NCBI GenBank assembly: GCA_043228905.1 | Contig: JBHGNT010000002.1 | Span: forward strand, 10,726,001 to 10,790,000 | Reading direction: 5' to 3' | Length of the DNA stretch: 64,000 nucleotides | DNA from: Azolla caroliniana | Taxonomy: Eukaryota > Plantae > Polypodiophyta | In this document: piece by piece, positions 1 through 12,798 of the stretch | Layout of the letters: each line of letters begins with the position of its first letter | Position numbering within the stretch: position 1 is the stretch's first letter | Translations under genes and position numbers: made by a program | Notes under the pieces: model-generated | What the model saw: only the letters and a program-made list of their open reading frames with translations | Told to the model about the DNA's origin: nothing | Databases searched by the model: none

Positions 1-60
1 TAACTTATTAAGGCCATCAAAGCTGCCAATTCCTTGCAAGTGCTTGGTTAATCAAGAAAT

Positions 61-1969
<1,909 letters not shown>

Positions 1970-2104
1970 AGCTTCGGGGCTTACAAGAAGGAAGTCAAAG
2001 AGGAGGAGGAGGAGGAGAACGGGAGAGAGGGATCTGCAGAGAGTGAGAAAGGAGAGCGAAGGATTGGATTGGAGGCGAGGAGAGGAGAGGAGAGGCTCTG
2101 CTGC

Positions 2105-2230
2105 AAATATAATAGAAGGGAGGGAAGGGAGGAGGAAATGGGAAAGGAAGAGAAGAGGAAAGGGAAGGAAAAGGTTTTTTGGGGGGGGAGGAGGGAGCCG
2201 TTGGAGGGGGGAGGGCTTGCTGATTTTGAA
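2105..2230 (-). promoter_or_regulatory. CDKB proximal promoter: TATA-like box, MSA element, TTTGAA (CHR/TCX-like) motif
   Basis: TATTATATTT on the minus strand at ~2105-2114. TCCAACGGCT at 2205-2196 fits the MSA core YCYAACGGYY bound by MYB3R. TTTGAA lies at 2225-2230. This fits a G2/M gene but is a motif match only. Confidence 0.55.
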
Positions 2231-2268
2231 CTTCCGCTTCCTCTCTCTCTCTCTCTGCTACTACTACC

Positions 2269-2303
2269 GTATGTATGTATGTATGTATGTATGTATGTAT
2301 GTA
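2269..2303. repeat. (GTAT)n microsatellite, with (CT)n and (GA)n tracts nearby
   Basis: Read directly; a GA tract lies at ~2363-2384. Confidence 0.9.
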
Positions 2304-2396
2304 CATTTCTTCTTCTTCACTTCGCTTTAAGGTTAGGGCTTGGGATTTCGCTCTCCCTTCACGAGAGAGAGAGAGAGAGAGAGACACCACAAATAC

Positions 2397-2730
2397 TAGG
2401 GATCAGCAACGGTTTGGTTTCGGCTTAACCGGTTTGACCTTGTCCAAACCAAACCAGTTAGGCCTTAATTTGTTTGAGAGATTTCAAACTTGAACCAAAC
2501 TAGTTAACGCTAAAGCGGTTTAGTAACCGGTTTGGCCAACTAATTAAGCCTTAACCAGTTTAGAAACCGGTTAGACCCTCAATAGTTCGGTTCACCTTGA
2601 GCCTTGCCAAACCGAGCTCAAACTAGTTAAGGAGGCCCGACCTGGAACCGAGCCGAACCTAACCACCAAACCATTCAAAAACAGTTTCATATCTTGGTTC
2701 AAGCTTGAGTCAAGCCATTGCCAAACCCTA
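2397..2730. mobile_element. hAT-type non-autonomous DNA transposon (MITE), 334 bp
   Basis: Imperfect TIRs TAGGGATCAGCAA / TTGCCAAACCCTA. Perfect 8-bp TSD ACAAATAC at 2389-2396 and 2731-2738. The interior is rich in AACCG/CGGTT repeats. Confidence 0.88.
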
Positions 2731-4410
2731 ACAAATACCATATCCAAACGTGGAAAATTACATCCTCATTTGGTCGGGCACCCTAAAATAAGACCAAAGG
2801 CCACCAACCAAACATTGATTTTACATCCTATTGGCCACTTTGGCATCGTATGATCTCTTTTACGTTTTACTTAGGTAAAGGGTGTAGCAAATCCTCCAAT
2901 AGAGTCAATTATGTTGGTGTTTTAGAGCCATTGCCAGGTAACCCGGCCACCAAAGAAACACTGCACAAAATGAAAGCTAAGATAGTCCCTCTACATCCAA
3001 CACTCAAGACAACCGTTGTATACGTCTTATAGCACATCATGTAAGGATACCTTAACTGTCAACAAAAGCTCTACCTTCAATCAACTTAGAACATATGTCA
3101 TGGGTGGTGCCCCAAGTATTTATTGTTTTGCAATCAAATTAACCGATCTTTACATGATTCATCTACCACTAATTTTAGAATGGGGTTGTAAGAATAGGCG
3201 AGGTATATAATTATTGCCAAATATAGTGACATACATCCAACTTGTCCTTATGGTTGTGTTCTACCAATTTGTCTCTAAAATAGCATTCTACGTATTTACC
3301 AGGCCATGTTGCACCATATGATTGAAACCAAATTAGAGACTTTATTTTCCATCCCCAATGCAAGAGCCATTAAGGCTTTGAGTACTTATATTGACATAGA
3401 TTTACTACTATATTGTCTATGTTAGGTGTCAACAAGCACAAAAACCATCACATGCGAAACTAACAAATAAGGAGGTGCAGTGAATGTGGTCACTAGGTTG
3501 ATAACTAGGAATAACCTCCTATTATATAAGTGGGATTTAATGTATTCTTGAGTTAATTGTTGACTTCACTTCCAAAGTCACATATACGTGAATTATTGCT
3601 CTCTTATTGTAAAAACCCCATTATTGTAATCATGTTTTTGCTTAATACATACGTATGTTAATACTAGCTTTTGCAAGAATTGTGAAGGAGGAGATCGTTG
3701 TAGAGATAGTGACAATTAAACAAAGATTGCAGAAAATAAAGCATAAGATGAGAACTAGTGGATGTGGATGTGGAACTCCTACCAAAGTGAGGCCACGATC
3801 ACTAGTAATGCCATAGGAGAAGCTTGATAAGACAAATTACATATTGTGCAAGTTCAAGATTAAAAACTGTGTTGGAGTCATATGAGCTTTCCAACACCAC
3901 ATTTAGAGAAGCTAACTTCATGCAGTTGATTTTGGTCAAAGACCTTATTATTGTGGGCTGTCCAAATGGTCCAGAGTGCCCAAAATCAAGTCCAGTTAAG
4001 AAAATAGGCATTTGTTGGATAGGGTGCACGGAATTTGTCCAAATAGCCAAAAGTGTTTCCCAAACCTTTGGCCAGGAAATCTATGAGAAAGAGATGCACT
4101 CAGTCTCTGTACAAATGTTGTAGTGAGTGAGCAAGTCCATAATAAGTGCGGGATTGTTGAGGGCCCCAGATTTCATCATAGGAGATAAAACCCAGTTACT
4201 CTACCATGCTACCAATTAGAGAACATCTCTGAGGCCCACACATGTATTGCATTTTTGCCCTCCAGTTAGTACACTCTAAAGCTAACGATACTTCCCCTGC
4301 ATTTCATCATTGCATGAACCTGGGTTCACAAGCATTAACTAGGTTTTGGATGTGCTACACCTCATCATCCTTCTACGGACGGGATTGTTTCCAATCATCC
4401 ACCACATCTT

Positions 4411-5061
4411 TGTTGGGAAAGTTGGTCCCTCCAAATGGGAAGGGGAGCATGAGTCGAAGAAAAGGGAGAACCAAATAGGTTGATAGCAACTTGGCCGAGT
4501 CTTAAAAATCAAACCGATTGTTCGATTCGATCGGGGCCGAAAATCGAATCCGAATCGGTTGACACCGAATCGGGGCAATATCTGTCAATAGAGTTAATGT
4601 GCCCTTGTGGGCTATATTTGTAAATAGCCTAAAATGTTGTATTAGTATAAATACATCTAGGACAATCATTATGGTATATCATTATCATTGTTGTATAGTT
4701 GTTGAAAAGATATAGTTGGTACTTGCCTTTGTAACTAAGTTAGTGTAAGAGAGTGAGAGTGAGCAACTTCTCCCTAGTCGTTTGTTTAGACGAAGAAGAA
4801 CTCAAGGTCGGTGCCTTGCAGGTTCTTATTGTATTCCTCTTACTGATAATGAGATAGTTCGGAGTTTTTGGGCTCCCGTGGTTTTTCCCCATTTTGGGTT
4901 TTCCACGTAGACATATTGTGTCTCTGTACTTCTGTTACTATGTTGTCTATGTACTATCATTCATAGTCTTTGCACCCACATTCGCATACGTATTAACCGG
5001 TTGTGACCAGAGTCGATTCTCAACAAACTGGTATCAAAGTGATGGATGAACATTTTGGTGG
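4411..5061 (+). mobile_element. Truncated Tork/Tnt1-like Copia: 5' LTR (4411-5025), tRNA-Met PBS, first gag codons
   Basis: TG..CA LTR resembling 18727-19335. PBS TGGTATCAAAG at 5029. ATG-GAT-GAA-CAT-TTT-GGT resembles the family gag start MEESFG and is interrupted at 5062. Confidence 0.75.
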
Positions 5062-5569
5062 TGTAAAAGTTAAGATGCAGAAGCTTGTAGACGAACCGAC
5101 TCAGTCGGGTAGCATTAGAGAATAAGCACAGGTTTAATGGAAGCTTCAAAAATACGCAGAGAATACACGAGAGTGACAGAGAGAGAGCATATCAACATAA
5201 ACTCAATTTCAAAATATCACTCTGTACATACAAATGTCCACATAATGTAAGTCCTTAAAAGGACCAACAAAAGTATTGACAAGTACTTCAATGCTCATAC
5301 GAGCGATTGACACTAACTCCAAGGAATATGCCTATGTACTAGGCTCGAGTATGATCTGGTTCTCCGTCCCGGCTCTAGGTTCCGGATACCGATATATCCG
5401 GACACCGATCTGAGTATCTATCCGGTTCTGGCTTATTCAACCAATCCGGATCTGGTTGAGCTTGCCTGCTCAACACTCCCCCTCAAGCTCAACTTGAGGT
5501 CGAATCGCTATGTGTGTCCACCAGTCCTTTCCTTCGGCTCCTCTTGGCGTCTTCCCGCCTTGCTCATGT

Positions 5570-8500
5570 TGTCGCGGAAATCCGCACGTGCGTGTCGAAT
5601 AGGACGGAACCACGAGGGTCTTGGACTAGGGAGTAAGAGGAGGGAGAGAAGCTTGGGAGTTCAACCAAGAAGGAAGAGAAAGATTAAGTATCGAGAGATT
5701 AAGATTCAAGAGAATAATATCTAAACAAGACAAGATACATTATGGAAAGCACCACACCAATTACAACCATGGCTGTGTAGGCTGAATGTAAACCCTCTAG
5801 ATGAAACCCTAACCAGATAGGGGAAAAGAAGAAGAAGAAGAAGAAGACGAATGAAACCCCTAAAACGAGATCCTAAAACCCAAAATTCCGAAACCCTAAT
5901 GACAACCCAAAGAAACCCCAATAGTGGAAGCCCCTCCTCACTCAAAATAGGCAACCCCTTCACAAGAGACCCCTCACTCCCTTTTATAGTAGTAAGGGGT
6001 GAGGCACATTACAAAAGGAGTGTTCAAATCCCCTTTCTTTCAAAGGAGAATATTTGACCTTGATCTTAGGAGGTGAGATTGATGGGTCTTAACTCCCTCT
6101 CCTCTCACCGACATACTCAATGCCCACTACTCCCTACACCCATACTTCATGTGCCTCCCTCTAGTCTACAAAGTGCACATCACCTTTATACCTTTACTCC
6201 TTACATTTGTCTTTTATTCCTATGTTACAATTTTCCTAAGTTCATGTGCAATGTTGCACATCTTGTTTTATTCCTCCCGCTTGGGTTTTCTCACCATGGC
6301 CGAAAATCCTCACGACATCCGCCCCCACCAAACCGCACATTCACCGGTATGTGCCAAGAAAGGAGAAGAGGTGAGATTTTTTGGCAATGGTGATTAACCG
6401 GGTTCCGTCATGCCCTCGTTGTCTTTGCTCGACTTAGTCCTCCATTTCGAGCACGCCGGTCCCTTCCACACGAACCACCGTAGCCTCTCGAGCCGCCGTG
6501 TCCGCCGCACGTCCTCGAACCGTCGGCTCCATCCGATCCGCCATATCCGACGCTCACACCTTCTTCATCGATCGGTCCTCCCGAACAACGTTGCCGATCC
6601 GGTCACTCTTCCTTTGTCTGCCGCGTATGTCCTCCGGATGCGCTCTCGGTTACTCCGATCGCACGCCGGATTCCGCCCCTCGCGTACCGTGTGTGTTCCT
6701 CCTTCGGCTCGATCGCCTCCTCATCCCAAGCACCTTGGCGTGCATCCTCTCTCCGTTCCGCACTTGCCTCCCGTAGTCTCTACCCATGTGTCATTGTTGT
6801 CCTCTGAATACACGCTTGCTCTTAGGTCCTTATGTGACCACATTACGCGCCCCTCATTTCTCCCTTGCTTGCGGTGCTCTCTCGTGGTAGAGCGTACCTC
6901 CATCCTGACATCTATGTCGGTGTACCCCGTTTCGGCGTCCTTTGCGGCTCTCATTACCGCTTTGTCTCGACCCGTGCCCTCTTGGCCCGTTTGGCCTTGC
7001 ACGTCCTCCGGGATGCCGCGTTTTCTCTTCCCAGTGCGCAACCCTTTGTCCTCCACGCACCTCCCCCGCTTTCCAAGACACAACCTTTTGCTCACGCCGT
7101 TCATCCGTCGATCTCGGCAACTCACTGCCTCGTCCTCCGTCTCGTACTTGCCTCTCAAAGGCTCAACCAGTCTGCTATTGTCGGTCACTCGTTGTGGCTC
7201 CTCCGGATGCATGCTCGTTTCTTGGCCCTCCACCGGCCGTAATGCATGCTTTGTATCACACCGTTCACCCGCCGTAGACCCGACCTCCGCGTTGGCCTCT
7301 TCTTCCTTCGTCGTCAGGGTCCCTTCCAACTCCGATTGGCCCTCTTGGCCCCGCTCGTCCGTCTTTCCGCACTGGATGCCCGTTCCGGCACCCTCATCCG
7401 CTCCGGCCTTCGACTCCTCGTCGCCACTTGCTGTCTCTCCGTTCTTATGTTGGCACTCGGGCGCAACTGCCGTAGTCTCCGACACCGATGTCAAGGGATC
7501 TTGTCTTCATCCGCTACAAACTTCCTCATTCTCCTTATCGTCATCTCGGTTGCCCGCTTTGCCGCCGCCACCTTCCATCTCTTTGGTCTCACGTTGGCTC
7601 TTGTGGCTGACTGCAGAAGTCTCTAGAACCGGTGTGGGCAAAGTCCCAGCACCATTGCTTGTCGATGTCATGTCCGTAGCCACCTCCATTTGGATGCCCT
7701 TGTCCGTGGCTACCCCGTTCTCGATTACGCAAGCCTCCTCCTCGTTCGATTTTTCGGGCAACTGTGTCCCGAAACTTCCGCCCACTCTCGAAGTGGCGCT
7801 CATTACTCCGTAGTCCCCGGTCTTCTCCATGGCCGTGCCTTTTCCGCAAGACGAGAGGGTCGCTTGCTCCACACCCTCTCCCACGTCACCGCCGTTGTGC
7901 GCTCTTTCAGCCTCCACATAGGCCCCATCCTCCGTGCATAGGGAGGCTTCTTCCTCTGCATCCTCTGCATCCTCTCGGACCCAACTATGCAATAGTCCCT
8001 TCTTCGGCTTCAATCTTTGCCTTCACGATCTCGTACGCCTCCCGTATCAACGCTTCTAGGTCGCACTCCTCCATACCATTACACGTTGAGCTCTCTTCCG
8101 GCGGTAGTATGTAGTCACTCACCGCCCTTTCTTCTTCGCCGCTCGCGGGCCATGTTGTGGCCGACCGCTTCTCATCGTGTCGCCGGCATACCCATTCCAC
8201 TTTGAACCAATCCTCGGTGAGACCGTGTGCTCCATAATCATCCTCAAGCTCGAATAGGATATCCATTCTTTCCTCTTGATGGACTGTCTTCAAAAATAGG
8301 AGGACTTTGTCCGCCCCCACCAATCTCCGATCCTGCTCCGAGAGTTGAGCGAAACGACGCTGGAACTCTTGGAATGCTTCCATTGCGCTACGACGGGGCT
8401 TCGCCGACGCCACCCATCGATCGAACTCTTGCCGACTTCGCCCCTTTGGTTTCTTGTAGCCGTATGCTTCCAACGAAGCTTCCATCCTCGTCCTTGGTTG

Positions 8501-9269
8501 CCGCCTTTTCACGTCGGGTTCACCAAAAATGTTGCGAAAATCCGCATGTGCGTGTCGGATAACACGGGACCGCAGGGGTCTTGGACTAGGGAGTAAGAGG
8601 AGGGAGAGAAGCTTGGGAGCTCAACCAAGAAGGAAGAGAAATATTAAGTATCGAGAGATTAAGATTCAAGAGAATAATATCTAAACAAGACAAGATACAT
8701 TATGGAAAGCACCACACCAATTACAACCGTGGCCGTGTAGGTAGAATGTAAACCCTCTAGATGAAACCCTAACCAGATAGGGGAAAAGAAGAAGAAGAAG
8801 AATGAAACCCCCTAAAACGAGATCCTAAAAACCAAAATTCCGAAACCCTAATGGCAACTCAAAGAATTCCTAAAAGTGGAAACCCCTCCTCACTCAAAAT
8901 AGGTAACCCCTTCACAAGAGACCCCTCACTCCCTTTTATAGTAGTAAGGGGTGAGGCACATTACAAAAGGAGTGTTCAAATCCCCTTTCTTTCAAAGGAG
9001 AATATTTGACCTCGATCTTATGAGGTGAGATTGATGGGTCTTAACTCCCTCTCCTCTCACCGACATACTCAATGCCCACTACTCCCTACACCCATACTTC
9101 ATGTGCCTCCCTCTAGTCTACAAAGTGCACATCACCTTTATACCTTTACTCCTTACATTTGTCTTTTATTCCTATGTTACAATTTTCCTAAATTCATGTG
9201 CAATGTTGCACATCTTGTTTTATTCCTCCCGCTCGGGTTTTCTCACCATGGCCGAAAATCCTCACGACA
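5570..9269 (-). mobile_element. Non-autonomous gag-only LTR retrotransposon (TR-GAG-like) with tRNA-Trp PBS
   Basis: LTRs 5570-6317 and 8530-9269 (TG..CA, highly similar). PBS TGGTGAACCCGACGTGAA at 8525-8508. PPT-like GGTGGGGGCGGA at 6329-6318. The 2.2-kb interior has no pol motifs. Degenerate 4-bp TSD ATGT/ACGC. Confidence 0.88.
6395..8485 (-). pseudogene. Disrupted gag-like ORF with a long E/T/G/R-rich low-complexity tail
   Basis: Pieces 7985-8512, 7507-8013 and 6721-7494 are collinear, with one frameshift and in-frame TGAs. It starts just after the PBS. The gag assignment rests on position and a helical N-terminal part. Confidence 0.55.
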
Positions 9270-10708
9270 ACGCTCCTTGACTCGTTCGGTTCCGCTTCCC
9301 ATGACCTGACCGGTCCCGTGCACCTCAACCTTCTCGTTCGGCTTGTTTGCTCATAAGGCCCTTGTCAGCTCCTTCGTTGTTGTGACTTTGGTGCTTCTCG
9401 ACCCGTCGGTCCCTCCGTGTCGGCGTCGACTTCGCTGCCTCCTCATCCGTTTGGCCTTCTGTTGATTCTACTCCTCCGAATCGAACACCTCTTCAGAATC
9501 AGGTACCTCCGATTTGTTCCAGCTCTTCTTCGAATTGGCTATCTCCAATTTGTCTTCAACCTTCAGGTCCTTCACCACTTCCTTCTTCTTTTGGTCGGCT
9601 CTGTCCTTCTTGACTCTACCATCGTCGCTACTTGTTCTGACTTGTTCGAATGTGCCGACTTCTTCACTCGACACGGCTCCCTTTTTCTTCTTTCTCCCCC
9701 TGCTTCGGTTGTCTCCTTCTCTTCAGCTCTCTGTCCAGTGCTATTACCTGCCTTTCCGGTTTTTGTTCTGGTTCTCCCCGTACCAGTACCGGTTCTCCCA
9801 TTCATGTGCGGCATGTCAAGATGTTGAAGACCAAGCATCTCTAAAAAATGCTGCAACTTGTCGGTTCCAAGGGCCTTGGAGAAGATGTCAGCAACCTGTC
9901 GATCCTTCTGGACATACCAGAGTTTGACTTCACTGGTGAGGACCCGCTCGCACACAAAGTGGTAATGCATTTCTATGTGCTTTGTCCGAGCATGGAACAT
10001 AGGGTTCTTGGCTAGCTGCATACTGCTCATGTTGTCCCAGTAGATCAGGATCGGAGTCGGGACTTCGATCCAAAGGTCTTGCAGCAGCCGCCGAAGCCAT
10101 ATGGCTTCACAAGTGGCAACGATACCGCCCTGATACTCAGCCTCAGTGCTCGATAGAGCCACAATCGCCTGCTTTTTGCTGCTCCACGCAACAACCGCAC
10201 TACCTAGAGAGAACATGTAACCAGAAGTGGACCAACGATCCGACGCATCACCAACCCAATCAACATCTGTATATCTAACTAGCTTTTTGGTTATACTATG
10301 TCTGTATAACAGTCCCTGGTCCTTAGTACCGCTAACATACCTCAGTATTTGGTGCACGCACTGAAGGTGCTCTTGTGTGGATGAAGTTCGCATTTAAACC
10401 TCGCAAACTAGACTATCTCTTTATAAACCGGTTTAAAGGCCAAGATCAATGAAGCTAGGTCGGTTGCTACTTACTTGATACCATTGTTGTCTTATTCCAA
10501 ATGGGTAGTGAAAGGGTCACATTGATCCAATCTCTTCTTAATTGAAAAGAGATTGTGTAGAAACATTACTAGTTTGGCATACCTAAGCATCATTCTAAGA
10601 TAAAGATTTATTTGATCCTTGCAAGGGATCGTAATGACCTACACTTACATGGGCACTCATAGGTGCCACTAGTTTCTTGGTAATGAATGTATTTTTTCTA
10701 TTGGTCTT

Positions 10709-11535
10709 GTTGAAAATCAAGCTCAATCTAGTCTAGTGTGTAAACACACCTTTTAAGAATCTATGAGCACTCAAAGGTAAAAAATCGCCACTACTTTCTA
10801 CACATTAATTATGTTTCATAGAATCATATTCTATGACACATAACTAATGAGTTCCATATTCCCCATCACTAATGAGTCTCCACATTCCCCAAGATTCTAG
10901 AGAGAGTGTGTGTTGGGAATAACAGGTCCCTCTGATTGGGAAGAAGAATACGAGCCGAATCGGATGGAACAAAAAGAATTGAAATCGAGAATCGATTGTA
11001 TAACCAATTTGGGAGATTATATTTGTAAATAGTCTAGATGTGGCCATTGATGCTATATTTGTAAATAGTATGCCGTGTATATGAGTGTATATACACTTAG
11101 GGCAAGTAGTTAGATATATATGTTATATTCATTATAGTTGAACAAGTTACATAACTGTGAGTGAGTGAAAGAGAGAGAGAGTGAGTAGTAACTCTACCAC
11201 CACTCTACCACCGTTTGCTAGACGAAGACGAGCTCGAGGTTGTTGCCTCCAAGTCTCCTCGTATTCCTCTCTCAATTATAGTGATTATGTTTCTTAGGGT
11301 TTGTGGACCCCCGTGGTTTTTTCCTTTCAGGATTTCCATGTTAAATATCCGTGTCTCGTTTCTGAGTTTCGATTTTTTGTTTGTGTACCATCTATCTAGA
11401 TTCTTTGCACTCAAACATTCCAAGTAGAACCGGTTGTGGCCGGTCTCGATCCTAATAGAGTGGGCGTTTTAGTGAGTTAATGAAGAGAAAGGGTGACCCT
11501 ATATAAAGCACCATCCTCCTACTTTGTAACATCAA
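10709..11535 (+). mobile_element. Degenerate LTR related to the 12679-18152 element, interrupted by a solo LTR
   Basis: 10709-10880 and 11465-11535 match the reverse complement of 12870-13096 by eye. Confidence 0.7.
10911..11457 (+). mobile_element. Solo LTR, Tork-like Copia
   Basis: Starts TGTTGGGAA..GGTCCCTC and ends GGTTGTGGCC..CCTAATA, like other family LTRs. Flanks GTGTG/GAGTG give a 4/5 TSD match. Confidence 0.75.
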
Positions 11536-11989
11536 TAGTCCAAACTAAAGTAAAAGAAGGAAAATAGATAGAACAGAAGAACCCGTTCCACCGGACCACC
11601 CCCAAGCTATGATCTAGACATAGCCAACCTACCACCGACGTCCCATACCACAGGATATTAGGATGACTAATACCTTGGAAGAGATAAACACGATCGTCGA
11701 GACGAAAGCCTAGCCCGCACCATCAGTGTCTAAGACAGTAGTCGTCCAACGTAATGTCCTTATGAGGGTAGCTAAGCCTCATATTTATACATTTTCCTAT
11801 GCCCCTTCAATAGATGTGCCTTTGTAAAAGGCTCTCCACTCATTGGGTGTCCAAATCATGATAGTGCATGCACCTATCATTCCTTCTATCCAATCACATT
11901 AGTCCCCTTTTAAACATTAGTGAACATACCCTTCAGTTATGTAAATAATAGTGATCTACCCTCACCTACGTTATGTGTACATAACATTC

Positions 11990-12300
11990 AGAGTGAAGGA
12001 GAATTGTCGTGTTTTTTTTTACCCTGATAGAGTTTTCCATGTTAATATCTCGTGTCTAATATTCTATTTTTCCTCTTCTGTTTGAATCTTGGTTGTGGCC
12101 AAGACCCATTTTTCTATGAAACTGGTATTAGAGCAAGGTTCATAACCGTCAAGTGAGAAAAAAATGGAAGACTCATTCGGTGGAATGTTTAAGCTGACCG
12201 GCTCCAACTACTCAGTGTGGAAGTCGAAGTTGAGAGACATGTTGGTTTGTAGAGATCTCTGGCTATTGGTACAGTTTGGAGACAAAAAGCTAGACAAACA
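11990..12300 (+). mobile_element. Tork-like fragment: LTR end, PBS, gag start
   Basis: TGGTATTAGAGC at ~12123, then MEDSFGGMFKLTGSNYSVWKSK from ~12163. Confidence 0.7.
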
Positions 12301-12678
12301 ATTCACTATATGAGAGGAATGACAATGAGTCTCGTAGACAACAACCTCGAGTTTGTTTTCTTCGCTTGTAGGCAATTACAACAGAGATACTTTTCTTCTC
12401 TCTCTCTCAGTCTGTCTACACAAGCTCAACAATACAATAGTTATGCTCAACACACATCATGTTTTGCCCTAGTTATATTAGTATCTTCTCTCTCTCTCTC
12501 TCTCTCTCTGTGTCTACACACAAGCTTAGCAATACCCCAACTATGTTCAACACACATCTTGTTTTGCCTTAGTTATATTTATACTAATATAACTTATTAG
12601 ACCGTGAGGTCGAAACAAGCAATGTGGCTGGTAGGCAGTTGGTGGATGCGAGTATGTATGAGGGAGAGTTAATGTTAG

Positions 12679-12745
12679 TGTAAAGAATCGATGCTGATTC
12701 TTGTGCAGCAAAATAGACTAGAGATATGTGTTGTGAGTGTGTGTG

Positions 12746-12798
<53 letters not shown>

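Larger units (their letters stand above)
5062..10393 (-). mobile_element. Truncated Copia (RNase H, C-terminal extension, PPT, 3' LTR 5062-5475), split by the 5570-9269 insertion
   Basis: ORF 9572-10393 carries WSSKKQ..LSSTEAEY..HARTKHIE. PPT GAGGGGGAG is adjacent to the LTR at 5476-5484. The sequence is continuous across the insertion and related to 44987-50612. Confidence 0.85.

Noticed and set aside
1995-2493. Several short ORFs upstream of CDKB
   Set aside because: They are translations of microsatellites and purine/pyrimidine tracts in the UTR and promoter.
2740-4410. Possible decayed transposon coding sequence (ORFs 3802-4123)
   Set aside because: No motif I can identify with confidence; left unassigned.
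6410-7813. 467-aa plus-strand ORF
   Set aside because: Ser/Pro/Leu-rich antisense shadow of the minus-strand low-complexity frame, with no recognisable motifs.
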